NCBI GenBank assembly: GCA_045535925.1
Contig: JAZSMN010000202.1
Coordinates: 1 to 24,432, forward strand
DNA from: Eubacteriales bacterium
Lineage (GTDB): Bacteria > Bacillota > Clostridia > Oscillospirales > CAG-272
DNA: 24,432 bases
Reading direction: 5' to 3'
The notes under the pieces are model-generated. The model searched no databases, had not been told where the DNA came from, and saw nothing but the letters and a program-made list of their open reading frames with translations. Position 1 is the stretch's first letter; the number at the start of each line of letters is the position of its first letter. Of this stretch, positions 1-8,833 are shown piece by piece. The position numbers and the translations under genes are program-made.

Positions 1-1116
1 ACCGCTTGGCCTCCGACTTTTTGCAAGGGCTGACAAGGGGCTCAAGCCCTCGAGCTTTGCGACAGCGAGTGATAGACTCGCTCTTTTGTCCTTAAGTCTT
101 GCCTTTATACACTCGCTCGCCCTCTTTGACAGCTCGGATATATAAGTGCCTTTATCGGCGAGCAGCTGACCTGGATTTGCAAAAATGTTGTTAGATTTTA
201 AATTATCTATTCTTTCGCGGAGTCTTTGCACCTTATTTAGTAGCGCTCTGTCGCATCTGTCTGACATACTATCAAGGCCGATAATCAATTCATTTATATC
301 CACCGAGCAGAGCTCGGCAGCGGCAGACGGTGTAGGAGCGCGAAGGTCTGCGACAAAATCGCAGATAGTAAAGTCGGTTTCGTGACCTACCGCAGAAATA
401 ACAGGAATTTTTGCCGAAGCAATGCGGCGAGCAAGTGCCTCGCTGTTAAATGCCCACAAATCTTCAATAGAGCCTCCACCTCTTCCTATAATTATCGTAT
501 CAACAAGCGAGGAGGTGTCGAAATAGTCCACACCTTTAATCAAAGATGCCTCTGCACCCTCGCCCTGTACAAGCGCGGGGTAGACATAGACCTTTGCAAT
601 AGGATATCTGCGCCCAAGGATATTTAGTATATCCCTCACAGCGGCACCGGTAGGCGAGGTGACTACACCGATAGCCCTCGGAAATCTTGGTATATCCTTT
701 TTTCTATATTCATCAAAGAGCCCCTCTTCGGCAAGCCTGCCCTTCAACCTCTCGTAGGCGAGGTATAGCGCTCCAATGCCGTCAGGCTGGATAGACTTGA
801 CATAAAGCTGGTATGTTCCGTCCCTGACATATACAGATACAGAGCCACGAACCGTGACCTTCATACCATTTTCGGGTTCGAAACGCAGGTTTTGTGCCGC
901 CGAGGCAAACATTACAGCCTTTATCTGCCCCTCACTATCCTTTAGCGAGAAATAAAGGTGGCCGCTCCTATGACGGACGAAATTCGATATTTCGCCACTT
1001 ACAGAAACCGCACGAAGAAGCGAGGTATTTTCAAACACTTTTTTGATAAAGTCGTTTAACTGACAAACCGACATTATCCCAGAGTCCGGTCTTTCTCTCA
1101 AAGCCGAAATATCCAT
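1..1116 (-). CDS. xseA: Exodeoxyribonuclease VII large subunit (3' end runs off the window)
   Basis: Absent from the ORF track because there is no stop codon in the window. Manual translation from ATG at 1116 (GGAGG RBS at 1121-1125) gives MDISALRERPDSGIMSVCQLNDFIKKVFENTSLLRAVSVSGEISNFVRHRSGHLYFSLKD...IGVVTSPTGAAVRDILNILGRRYP...LEGLSPLSALA. These match the XseA OB-fold, the TSPTGAA motif and the LSPL motif. Confidence 0.95.
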   Translation of the reverse strand, partial: MDISALRERPDSGIMSVCQLNDFIKKVFENTSLLRAVSVSGEISNFVRHRSGHLYFSLKDSEGQIKAVMFASAAQNLRFEPENGMKVTVRGSVSVYVRDGTYQLYVKSIQPDGIGALYLAYERLKGRLAEEGLFDEYRKKDIPRFPRAIGVVTSPTGAAVRDILNILGRRYPIAKVYVYPALVQGEGAEASLIKGVDYFDTSSLVDTIIIGRGGGSIEDLWAFNSEALARRIASAKIPVISAVGHETDFTICDFVADLRAPTPSAAAELCSVDINELIIGLDSMSDRCDRALLNKVQRLRERIDNLKSNNIFANPGQLLADKGTYISELSKRASECIKARLKDKRASLSLAVAKLEGLSPLSALAKSRRPSG

Positions 1117-1150
1117 AATACCTCCTTCATAAACTCTTATCCTGTGGTAA

Positions 1151-2104
1151 TTAATGGGTTTGCTTGTATCTTAAAAGTCCAAGCGACGCAACACCAACCG
1201 CGTTGTCCGCGCTCAACATAGGCTCGGCAAAGCTGCTATCCTTGATAGTGGTGCCTATCATATCCTTAATAATAGAGTTGGACATAACTCCACCAGCGAA
1301 AAGCATCGGCATCTCGCCATATTCGGAAAGGAAGCGCTGGCAAATCTCGACAATCGCGCGCCCCAGATATCTTAAAACAAAGTGTGAGACAGCACTCTTA
1401 TCATTGGTATCCTCATAAAGCTTGGTCGCTATGTTTTCAAGCCCCGATAAATTCATATAACAAGCATCGGTCGAGGGGCGGCGATTTATAGGTTTGCCTG
1501 AATATTCGAGTGCTAAACGCTCAAGCGCAGGGCCACAGGGGAATGAAAGCCCCATTTTTACTCCAATACGGTCTATTACCTGCCCTGCGTTAAGGTCCTT
1601 GGTGCCACCGACAATCTTTGCCTCAAAGCCGTTTTGCGAATAGCTGCATAAGAGGAGCTCGGTAGTGCCACCCGAAATGTGCATAGCACCAAATTGTCTA
1701 TCAAGCAAATCGAATTTGCCCGAGGAAAAGATGCCCGCCATCAAATGACCACACTGGTGCGACACCTTGTATAAATCAACACCATGTGTCGATGCTATAC
1801 CCTGTGCCACGGCAACGCCACTCAAAAAGCAAGGCATATACGAGCCCTCTTGGTTTCTTGGCTTTTCGCTAACAGCCACTGCCAAAACAGGGCTATCCCC
1901 TATGGCTTCGCGAAGGCGCTCCATACAGGTGGGAAGATTTTTAATGTGGGCAAACACAGCATCCGCCTGTCTTAACCCACACTCCCCCGCCTTTACGGGT
2001 AACGGTATTTTTATATTATCAACAAGCCCTCCGTCATAACCAATGGCTGCGACAGAGGTCGTATAATTGCTTGTATCTATTCCGAGTATAATACCCTCTC
2101 TCAT
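1151..2104 (-). CDS. TsaD/Kae1-like (peptidase M22/ASKHA fold) protein, probably a paralog rather than the canonical TsaD
   Basis: GIDTSNYTTS N-terminus, HxxxH (HQCGH), SGGTT, AGQVID, GPALE, SGL, GGVMSN and DNA motifs align with Kae1/TsaD motifs. Overlaps nusB by ATGA. Confidence 0.85.
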   Translation of the reverse strand: MREGIILGIDTSNYTTSVAAIGYDGGLVDNIKIPLPVKAGECGLRQADAVFAHIKNLPTCMERLREAIGDSPVLAVAVSEKPRNQEGSYMPCFLSGVAVAQGIASTHGVDLYKVSHQCGHLMAGIFSSGKFDLLDRQFGAMHISGGTTELLLCSYSQNGFEAKIVGGTKDLNAGQVIDRIGVKMGLSFPCGPALERLALEYSGKPINRRPSTDACYMNLSGLENIATKLYEDTNDKSAVSHFVLRYLGRAIVEICQRFLSEYGEMPMLFAGGVMSNSIIKDMIGTTIKDSSFAEPMLSADNAVGVASLGLLRYKQTH

Positions 2105-2514
2105 TTTCTGCCGAGAACCTCTGCCACCTTATTAAGTACACCGTTTACAAAGGAATATGCCTTGTCATCATCGTACTTCTTGGCCAGCTCTATGGCCTCG
2201 TTTATTGAAACACGAACAGGAATATCCTCCATAAACATAAGCTCGTATGTAGCAAGTGTAATTATAGCACGAGATACAAAGGAAACGCGCTCCTTGGCCC
2301 ATCCAACCAGGCAGGGCTGTATGGTCTCGGATATAATCTGTGCGTTCTCAACAGTGCCAAAAAACACCTGCTTTACATATCCGTCCACCTCGAGTCCACG
2401 AATTTCTGTGGCTTTTGTATATATCTCCTCTGCGGTTTCGTCCTTTGTAGTCTCTTTAATTGCATTCTCAAACAAAAGGATAAAAGCATTTTCTCTCGCT
2501 GTTTTTCTGTTCAT
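2101..2514 (-). CDS. nusB: Transcription antitermination factor NusB
   Basis: RKTARENAFILLF N-terminus; VSINEAIELAKKY..SFVNGVLNKV C-terminal motif. Confidence 0.96.
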   Translation of the reverse strand: MNRKTARENAFILLFENAIKETTKDETAEEIYTKATEIRGLEVDGYVKQVFFGTVENAQIISETIQPCLVGWAKERVSFVSRAIITLATYELMFMEDIPVRVSINEAIELAKKYDDDKAYSFVNGVLNKVAEVLGRK

Positions 2515-2549
2515 ATGGTCAAAACCTCATAAATATTTTTAGTATTAAT

Positions 2550-2578
2550 ATTATAATATTATTTTTATATTTTGTCAA
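2550..2578 (-). promoter_or_regulatory. sigmaA promoter for nusB-tsaD-like-xseA
   Basis: Minus strand reads TTGACA (2578-2573), 17 nt, TATAAT (2555-2550): a perfect consensus. Confidence 0.8.
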
Positions 2579-2723
2579 CCACAAAGCGCGGATTTTTCAC
2601 AAAAATGCATTTTTATTCACTATATACAAATTATAGTGGTATGTTTTACATTATAGCAATCGAAAGGTATACGATGTATTCTTTTACTTATTTCGCTTTT
2701 TTCTTTAATTTTCCTTTTCGGTA

Positions 2724-2752
2724 TTTACATTCACCCATTTATGTGGTATACT
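2724..2752 (+). promoter_or_regulatory. sigmaA promoter for DUF951-ruvAB
   Basis: TTTACA (2724-2729), 17 nt, TATACT (2747-2752), with an extended -10 TG. Confidence 0.65.
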
Positions 2753-2779
2753 TATAAGGATAAGAAGGAGGGGTGCATT

Positions 2780-2977
2780 TTGTCGGTTAAATTTGGGGTC
2801 AAAGACAAGCTTTATATGAAAAAATCGCATCCTTGCGGTTCTTTCATTTTCACTGTCGCAAGAGGTGGTACGGATGTACGCATAATTTGTGACGGATGTG
2901 GAAGGGATATTACCCTCTCAAGGGAAAAACTCGAGCCAAGAATCAAAACCGTGCTACCCAAAAACGAAAACAATTAA
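2780..2977 (+). CDS. DUF951-family small protein
   Basis: MKKSHPCG....VARGGTDVRIICDGCGRDITLSREKLE matches the DUF951 pattern (KKxHPCG, R.G.D.ri.C..CgR). TTG start at 2780 follows an AAGGAGG RBS; the track's ATG at 2741 lies inside the promoter. Confidence 0.85.
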   Translation: MSVKFGVKDKLYMKKSHPCGSFIFTVARGGTDVRIICDGCGRDITLSREKLEPRIKTVLPKNENN

Positions 2978-2988
2978 AGAGGTTTAGA

Positions 2989-3606
2989 ATGTTTTATTAC
3001 ATACAAGGCGAACTTGCTATAAGAGATATAAATATGTGTGTTATTGATTGTGGTGGAGTTGGATATCAGCTTACTATCAGCCTTATAACCTCAGAGTCGC
3101 TCGCCTCGAAGGTTGGGCAAAGGGTGAGGCTCTATACCTATCTCGCGGTTAGAGAGGATGGTGTCGAGCTCTTCGGCTTTGGCTCTCCCGCTGAAAAAAA
3201 TAGCTTCAATCTGCTTACCTCGGTCAGCGGTGTTGGCCCAAAAGCGGCTATGAGCATACTCTCTATTCTCTCGCCTGACAGACTTGCTATGGCGATAGCG
3301 ACAGAGGACACAAAATCCATATCAAAGGCGCAAAATGTCGGTGCTAAAACAGCGGCAAGAATAGTTCTTGAGCTTAAAGACAAAATTGCCAAGGACTTCC
3401 TGCCTACCTCCTCTTCGATGACGGGGGCAACTCTTGGAAATGTGGGCGCTGTGGCACACACAAGTGGCAATCTCGCCGATGCAACAGAGGCACTTATGGC
3501 CTTGGGATATGACAAGAACTCGGTTCTTTCTGCTATCAAGGGCATCGACCCCACCACGGATACTGGCGAAATCATCAGGGCCGTGCTGAAAAAACTAACA
3601 AGATAA
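2989..3606 (+). CDS. ruvA: Holliday junction branch migration protein RuvA
   Basis: MFYYIQGEL start, VIDCGGVGYQL, LYTYLAVRED..LFGF, VSGVGPKAAMSILS, VGAKTAARIVLELKDK, ALMALGY. Start moved to ATG 2989. Confidence 0.97.
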   Translation: MFYYIQGELAIRDINMCVIDCGGVGYQLTISLITSESLASKVGQRVRLYTYLAVREDGVELFGFGSPAEKNSFNLLTSVSGVGPKAAMSILSILSPDRLAMAIATEDTKSISKAQNVGAKTAARIVLELKDKIAKDFLPTSSSMTGATLGNVGAVAHTSGNLADATEALMALGYDKNSVLSAIKGIDPTTDTGEIIRAVLKKLTR

Positions 3607-3621
3607 AGGAGGACAAGCACT

Positions 3622-4698
3622 ATGATGGAAGAATTTAATGACTTTGACTTTGAAAACAGAATAGTATCCTCCGAATATGACTCGATACAGGATTCTGAGG
3701 TCGAAAACAACTTAAGACCCAAGACATTAGATGACTACATAGGACAGGAGCAGGTAAAATCTAATCTGCGTGTCTATATAGAATCGGCAAAAATGCGTGG
3801 CGAGGCCCTGGACCATGTACTACTTTACGGCCCTCCCGGTCTTGGTAAAACTACCCTATCCGGTGTTATAGCCAATGAAATGGGGGTAAATATTCGCACC
3901 ACCTCCGGTCCCGCTATCGAAAAACAGGGCGATCTTGCTGCGATTTTGACGAATTTGCAGGAGGGGGATGTGCTATTTATCGATGAGATACACCGTCTTT
4001 CCCGTGCGGTAGAGGAAATTCTATATCCCGCTATGGAGGACTATGCCCTCGATATTATAATTGGCAAAGGCCCGAGTGCAAGAAGCATTCGCTTGCCTAT
4101 CCCTCGTTTTACCCTTATAGGTGCTACAACAAGAGCAGGACAGCTCTCTACCCCTCTTCGCGACCGTTTTGGTGTTCCATTAAGGCTTGAATTATACACC
4201 CCCGAGGAGCTTGCAACTATTGTAAAGCGCTCGGCAAATATACTGGATATAAAAATCACAGAGAGCGGCGCTCTCGCAATAGCATCTCGTTCAAGAGGAA
4301 CTCCCCGTATAGCAAACAGACTGCTTAAGCGAGTACGAGATTTTGCACTCGTCAAGGGTGACGGAACAATAACCCCCGAAATAGCAGATCTGGCGCTTAA
4401 GGCTCTTGAAATAGACGACCTCGGACTTGACAACATAGACCGAAAAATGCTAACTGCAATTATCAAATTCTATTCGGGTGGTCCTGTGGGTCTTGAAACA
4501 ATTGCGGCAACGATTGGCGAGGAAGCTATCACTATCGAGGATGTTTACGAGCCCTATCTTATGCAAATCGGTTTCCTCTCTCGTACACCTCGCGGCCGAT
4601 GTGTAACTCATCTGGCATACGAGCATCTCGGCATCCCTTTTACAACAAACAAAAACAACCCAAAGATTTCACCAGACCAGGCATCATTCGATATTTAA
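3622..4698 (+). CDS. ruvB: Holliday junction branch migration ATPase RuvB
   Basis: [12 protein letters not shown], Walker [10 protein letters not shown], Walker [42 protein letters not shown]. Confidence 0.98.
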   Translation: MMEEFNDFDFENRIVSSEYDSIQDSEVENNLRPKTLDDYIGQEQVKSNLRVYIESAKMRGEALDHVLLYGPPGLGKTTLSGVIANEMGVNIRTTSGPAIEKQGDLAAILTNLQEGDVLFIDEIHRLSRAVEEILYPAMEDYALDIIIGKGPSARSIRLPIPRFTLIGATTRAGQLSTPLRDRFGVPLRLELYTPEELATIVKRSANILDIKITESGALAIASRSRGTPRIANRLLKRVRDFALVKGDGTITPEIADLALKALEIDDLGLDNIDRKMLTAIIKFYSGGPVGLETIAATIGEEAITIEDVYEPYLMQIGFLSRTPRGRCVTHLAYEHLGIPFTTNKNNPKISPDQASFDI

Positions 4699-4715
4699 CG
4701 CTACATTATATACGC

Positions 4716-4752
4716 AAAAAACCGACAGAACTCATTCTGCCGGTTTTTATTT
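4716..4752. terminator. Bidirectional intrinsic terminator between convergent ruvB and rpe
   Basis: AAAAAACCG-A-CAGAA / TTCTG-C-CGGTTTTT stem flanked by A and T runs. Confidence 0.75.
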
Positions 4753-4784
4753 TTGTTATTCTGCCCTAATTTATTTCCCAAATT

Positions 4785-5432
4785 TTAAACTTTTCTTAAA
4801 TCATCGATAGCGGCTTTTCTGTCAGCTGCCTTAAATACAGAGCTACCTGCTACCAAAACGGTAGCGCCCTTTGCGATAGCCACAGGAGCATTCTTTGCGT
4901 TTATTCCGCCGTCTACCTGGATGTCGATATCAAGGCCTCTTCTCTCGATTTCTGCCCTCAATGTAGCCACCTTGTCAAGACATTCGGGAATCAAGGACTG
5001 TCCGCCATATCCGGGCTCGACTGTCATTATAAGCACCATATCACAGTATTCAAGAAGGTCATAAATTGCACTAACGGGAGTCTTGGGTTTAACCGATATT
5101 GCCGCCTTTACACCGCGCTCTCTAATATGCTTTAACGCCGCAAGAGAGTCCGCGCATGCTTCGTAATGGAATGTAAGGATATCAGCTCCCGCATCAATAA
5201 AACGATCTATGTATCTCTCCGGTGCTTCTATCATAAGATGCACATCGAATACCATCTTTGTTTTGTTTCTAAGTGCCTCAATAACAGGGTTGCCAAAGGA
5301 CATATTTGTAACAAACATACCGTCCATTACATCCAAGTGTACCATATCTGCCCCCGCTTTTTCTATTTCAAGAACTTCATCGCAAAGACGGGAAAGGTCG
5401 GCCGCAAGAACCGAAGGTGAAATTTTAATCAT
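4785..5432 (-). CDS. rpe: Ribulose-phosphate 3-epimerase
   Basis: ISPSVLAAD, HLDVMDGMFV, DVHLM, MTVEPGYGGQ, VDGGIN, VAGSSVF. Confidence 0.97.
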   Translation of the reverse strand: MIKISPSVLAADLSRLCDEVLEIEKAGADMVHLDVMDGMFVTNMSFGNPVIEALRNKTKMVFDVHLMIEAPERYIDRFIDAGADILTFHYEACADSLAALKHIRERGVKAAISVKPKTPVSAIYDLLEYCDMVLIMTVEPGYGGQSLIPECLDKVATLRAEIERRGLDIDIQVDGGINAKNAPVAIAKGATVLVAGSSVFKAADRKAAIDDLRKV

Positions 5433-5592
5433 AAAAACCTCTTTCTGTATGTAACTATAAATTATACTACTTCATATCATAATGAAGGGCCTATTAAACG
5501 GAAAGTCCGATGCCGACAGTATAAAGAAAAAGACGTGAGATTATACATCGGGGGTATCCGTTTCCCGCCATCTTCCCTTGGGAGATGGCTTT

Positions 5593-6075
5593 TTATTTTA
5601 TTTCGAGCAGGCACACCGCGTGTGCAGAAGCGCCCTCCTCATTTCCTGTAAAACCAAGTTTTTCCTCGGTGGTTGCCTTTATATTTACTCTTGCGATATC
5701 AACATTGAGTATGGAGGATATGTTGGAACGCATGTCCAAAATATAAGGTGCTATTTTCGGTCTTTGTATTACCAAGGTAGCATCGATGTTTACCACCTCT
5801 GCTACCGAGTCATCAAGGAGACGCTTTACATATTTTAATAGTTCGAGGCTCGAAATCCCCTTATACTTATCGTCGGTGTCGGGAAAATGCTTGCCAATAT
5901 CCCCAAGTCCCAAGGCGCCTATCAATGCGTCCATTATAGCGTGAACAAGCACATCGGCATCCGAGTGACCAAGGCATCCCTTTTCGTGTGGAATATCTAC
6001 CCCGCCGAGGATAAGCTTTCGCCCCTCGGTTAGCCTGTGGACATCATATCCGTGCCCAATTCTAAAGTTGCACAT
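5593..6075 (-). CDS. ispF: 2-C-methyl-D-erythritol 2,4-cyclodiphosphate synthase
   Basis: [48 protein letters not shown]. True start is ATG 6075, 1 nt after the ispD stop. Confidence 0.97.
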   Translation of the reverse strand: MCNFRIGHGYDVHRLTEGRKLILGGVDIPHEKGCLGHSDADVLVHAIMDALIGALGLGDIGKHFPDTDDKYKGISSLELLKYVKRLLDDSVAEVVNIDATLVIQRPKIAPYILDMRSNISSILNVDIARVNIKATTEEKLGFTGNEEGASAHAVCLLEIK

Positions 6076-6076
6076 C

Positions 6077-6775
6077 TTATTTTCTCTCCCCACCAAGCAA
6101 AATTTTGGCATATTCAAGGTCAAAGGTATCGGTAATCTTGATATTATCAGCCGAAACCTCAACGCATTTTATAGGCGCGCCTATGACCTCGACAAGCATA
6201 TTATCATCGGTTATAACCGAGAGGTCAGGACACTCTACCAAGGCTCTCTTATACATATCGGTATTAAACACCTGGGGTGTCATTGCTCTTTTAACCATTT
6301 GCCTGTCTATTGTGCCACTAATAAAGCCGTCCTTGTCGACTGCTTTTAAGGTATCGTATACAGCACTAACAGCGGTAGCCGCACCATTTTGGTATGCCGC
6401 CCTAACCACCAGGGAGATATCCTCGGGCTTAACAAGACACCTCGCCGCATCGTGAATTGCCACAAAATCTGTGTCGTCAGGAACGGACAAGAAGCCGCGA
6501 AGAGCAGATTCTGCCCTGCAATTTCCCCCGACTACTATTTTTGTAGGCTTTTTTATCCCTTTTTGAAGTTCGCCCTCTGCAAACTCTATCTCATCCTCGC
6601 GCACAACAACGATAATCGAGGAAATATCCTCGCACATATCAAATGCCTTGACACTATGCCAAAGGATAGACGAGCCACAGAGAGTCATTCTCTGCTTTGT
6701 TGTATCGCTTTTCATACGGCTGCCGCTACCACCCGCGAGGATAAGTGCTACCGTTTTATTACCTAAACTGCTCAT
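6077..6775 (-). CDS. ispD: 2-C-methyl-D-erythritol 4-phosphate cytidylyltransferase
   Basis: [36 protein letters not shown]...DL; adjacent to ispF. Confidence 0.95.
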   Translation of the reverse strand: MSSLGNKTVALILAGGSGSRMKSDTTKQRMTLCGSSILWHSVKAFDMCEDISSIIVVVREDEIEFAEGELQKGIKKPTKIVVGGNCRAESALRGFLSVPDDTDFVAIHDAARCLVKPEDISLVVRAAYQNGAATAVSAVYDTLKAVDKDGFISGTIDRQMVKRAMTPQVFNTDMYKRALVECPDLSVITDDNMLVEVIGAPIKCVEVSADNIKITDTFDLEYAKILLGGERK

Positions 6776-6778
6776 ATA

Positions 6779-7120
6779 TTACTTCCTATGATATACGAAA
6801 TGGACGGTAACAGTTCTCACCTTGCCATCCTCAAGCAGGTTAGGGCCGGTTATAATTACACCGTTGCCACTCATAAGCCAGCTTGTCTGTAAATGCTTTA
6901 TTTCGCAGACAAAAATTCTGTCTCCTGAGGAGTCAATAATAAAGGTATCGTTATGTATTGCAAGAGCACCGCCCCTGCCTATTACGTCCTCGTTGTTATC
7001 AATACGCTCGGTAACATACTGCACGGGCTGACCGTGTAGCTCCTTTGCCCTTGCGAGTCTGTAGGAATAGCTCTCGGGATTTTCTCCTATTCCAAACAAT
7101 TTCTTAAAGAAAGATAGCAT
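6779..7120 (-). CDS. Hypothetical protein, 113 aa, first gene of the ispDF operon
   Basis: AAAGGTG RBS-like sequence upstream, 3-nt gap to ispD, own promoter, no overlap with another real gene. No family recognised. Confidence 0.8.
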   Translation of the reverse strand: MLSFFKKLFGIGENPESYSYRLARAKELHGQPVQYVTERIDNNEDVIGRGGALAIHNDTFIIDSSGDRIFVCEIKHLQTSWLMSGNGVIITGPNLLEDGKVRTVTVHFVYHRK

Positions 7121-7173
7121 AATTTCACCTTTATATATCGTCTTTTTTGACCTGTCTTTTAACCTGTATAGTT

Positions 7174-7202
7174 ATTTTAACACAAAAAAATCCTTATGTG
7201 AA
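7174..7202 (-). promoter_or_regulatory. sigmaA promoter for hypothetical-ispD-ispF
   Basis: Minus strand reads TTCACA, 17 nt, TAAAAT, with an extended -10 TG. Confidence 0.6.
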
Positions 7203-7262
7203 GGGCTTTTCTAATTTTAATTAAACTTTATTCAAAAAAATTAACTTTTTTTGCAAAACCTA

Positions 7263-7291
7263 TTGATTTTTTCCTACATATATATTATAAT
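7263..7291 (+). promoter_or_regulatory. sigmaA promoter of the mraZ/dcw operon
   Basis: TTGATT (7263-7268), 17 nt, TATAAT (7286-7291). Confidence 0.7.
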
Positions 7292-7297
7292 GGTATC

Positions 7298-7333
7298 AAA
7301 GTGGGGCAAAGTGGAGCAAAGTGAAGCAAAATA
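7298..7333 (+). promoter_or_regulatory. MraZ operator: three 10-bp-period direct repeats
   Basis: AAAGTGGGGC AAAGTGGAGC AAAGTGAAGC directly downstream of the -10. Matches the known GTGG(A/G)G-N4 MraZ-binding repeats. Confidence 0.85.
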
Positions 7334-7414
7334 CCATTAAATTGCCACCGTTTCCCCATAAAGCATACAAATTGGTAGCCTTTTTGAAAAAATCTGATGA
7401 AAGGAGATATGAGG

Positions 7415-7843
7415 ATGTCGTTTGTAAGCCACTATACACACTCGCTTGATGCAAAGAAGCGCGTATTTATCCCCTCGAAGTTCCGCGAAGAACTTGGCGA
7501 CGAATTCTACATTACCAAGAAATTCGACCCTTATCTCTCCATATACACCGCAGAAGATTGGGCTGAATTTGTTGATAAAATCCAGCGCCTCCCCGAATCC
7601 GAGGCTATGGATATCCAAGAGCATCTCTTGGGCTCGGCACAAAAGTGCACCCCTGATGCAAGCGGAAGAATAATTCTTGATGAGGAGCTGGCAGAGTATG
7701 CCGGCATTACTAAAAATATCGTTTTCGTCGGTGTTGGTCGACAGATAAGAATTTGGGCTGAGGAAACCTGGCTCGAAAGAGAAAGCGAAAGAAAGAGCAA
7801 GATTGGTGCTATGAAGGAGTTTATGATCTCTAGGGGTCTTTAA
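7415..7843 (+). CDS. mraZ: Division/cell wall cluster transcriptional repressor MraZ
   Basis: HYTHSLDAKKRVFIPSKFREELG, DASGRIIL, VFVGVGRQIRIW. AAGGAG RBS supports the start at ATG 7415. Confidence 0.95.
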   Translation: MSFVSHYTHSLDAKKRVFIPSKFREELGDEFYITKKFDPYLSIYTAEDWAEFVDKIQRLPESEAMDIQEHLLGSAQKCTPDASGRIILDEELAEYAGITKNIVFVGVGRQIRIWAEETWLERESERKSKIGAMKEFMISRGL

Positions 7844-7866
7844 TCTTCATAGGAAAGGAAAGTTAA

Positions 7867-8811
7867 ATGTCAGACTTCGAGTTTTCTCACAAGTCAGTAC
7901 TTTTATATGAATGTATAGACGCGCTTAACATAAGAGACGGCTTTACCTATGTTGACTGTACCGCAGGTGGCGGTGGTCACTCGCTGGAAATAGCAAAGGC
8001 AATGGGTCCTAATTCCCGACTCATCTGCTTTGACAGAGACAAGAATGCTATTGCGGCGGCAACAGAGCGTTTAAGAGACTACCTGGACCGTGTCACATTT
8101 GTAAACGAGAACTTCTCCTCTTTGGATACGGTTCTTGCCGATATGAATATCACCAACCTTGGCGGTGTGCTTGCCGACCTTGGTTGTAGCTCGCACCAGT
8201 TTGATGTACCAGAGAGAGGCTTTAGCTATATGCACGATGCGCCACTCGATATGAGAATGGACACCGACGCTCCCCTTTCCGCTTTTAATGTTGTAAACGA
8301 ATATTCCGAGGCGGATATAAAAAGAATACTCTTTGAGTATGGCGAGGAAAGATTTGCACCAAGAATTGCCTCTATGATTTGTAGACAGCGCGCTATTTCC
8401 CCAATTCGCACAACAGGCGAGCTCACAGAGGTTATAAAGAGTGCCATTCCCCCTGCTGCAAGAGCAGACGGCCCTCACCCCGCAAAAAGAAGCTTCCAAG
8501 CAATTAGAATAGAGGTCAATGGTGAGCTTGATGCTATCAAGCCCGTTATTGAAAGTGCGGCAAGGCGCCTCGCTACCTCTGGTAGAATAGCAATAATTTC
8601 CTTCCACTCGCTTGAGGATAGAATAGTAAAGCAAACCTACAAGTCCCTGTCGGTTGGATGCACTTGTCCGAGAGATTTCCCGATTTGCGTATGTGGAAAA
8701 AGACCTTTGATTAAAGAAATCTCTAAAAAACCAGTCCTCCCCACAGAGGAGGAGCTTCTCGAAAATCCTCGCGCAAGAAGTGCGAAGTTGAGGATAGCCG
8801 AGAAAATTTAA
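7867..8811 (+). CDS. rsmH: 16S rRNA m4C1402 methyltransferase
   Basis: HKSVLL, DCTAGGGGHS, DLGCSSHQFD..ERGFSY, PLDMRM, FQAIRIEVNGEL, SFHSLEDRIVK, NPRARSAKLR. Confidence 0.98.
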   Translation: MSDFEFSHKSVLLYECIDALNIRDGFTYVDCTAGGGGHSLEIAKAMGPNSRLICFDRDKNAIAAATERLRDYLDRVTFVNENFSSLDTVLADMNITNLGGVLADLGCSSHQFDVPERGFSYMHDAPLDMRMDTDAPLSAFNVVNEYSEADIKRILFEYGEERFAPRIASMICRQRAISPIRTTGELTEVIKSAIPPAARADGPHPAKRSFQAIRIEVNGELDAIKPVIESAARRLATSGRIAIISFHSLEDRIVKQTYKSLSVGCTCPRDFPICVCGKRPLIKEISKKPVLPTEEELLENPRARSAKLRIAEKI

Positions 8812-8833
8812 GAAAAAACAAGGAGAAAGAAAA

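Noticed and set aside
1-40. XseA C-terminus reads LSPLSALAKSRRPSG instead of the usual LSPLxxLxRGY, suggesting a frameshift or junction
   Set aside because: Only about 9 codons at the window edge; cannot be told apart from ordinary divergence without flanking sequence.
185-627. Plus-strand ORFs 185..385 and 382..627
   Set aside because: Antisense shadows of xseA, which runs open through 1..1116 on the minus strand with clear family motifs.
2593-2601. Single consensus DnaA box TTTTTCACA between nusB and DUF951
   Set aside because: An isolated match in AT-rich DNA is expected by chance.
5499-5512. GGAAAGTCCG resembles the RNase P RNA P4 5' strand (GAGGAAAGUCC)
   Set aside because: The intergenic space is only about 160 nt, while RNase P RNA needs about 350-400 nt, and no 3' P4 strand is present.
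7268-7295. TTCCTACA-TATATA-TTAT resembles the B. subtilis dif site
   Set aside because: The right arm (TTATAATGGTA) does not match the XerD-type arm and the left arm is out of register. The sequence is fully explained as the mraZ promoter spacer and -10 box.
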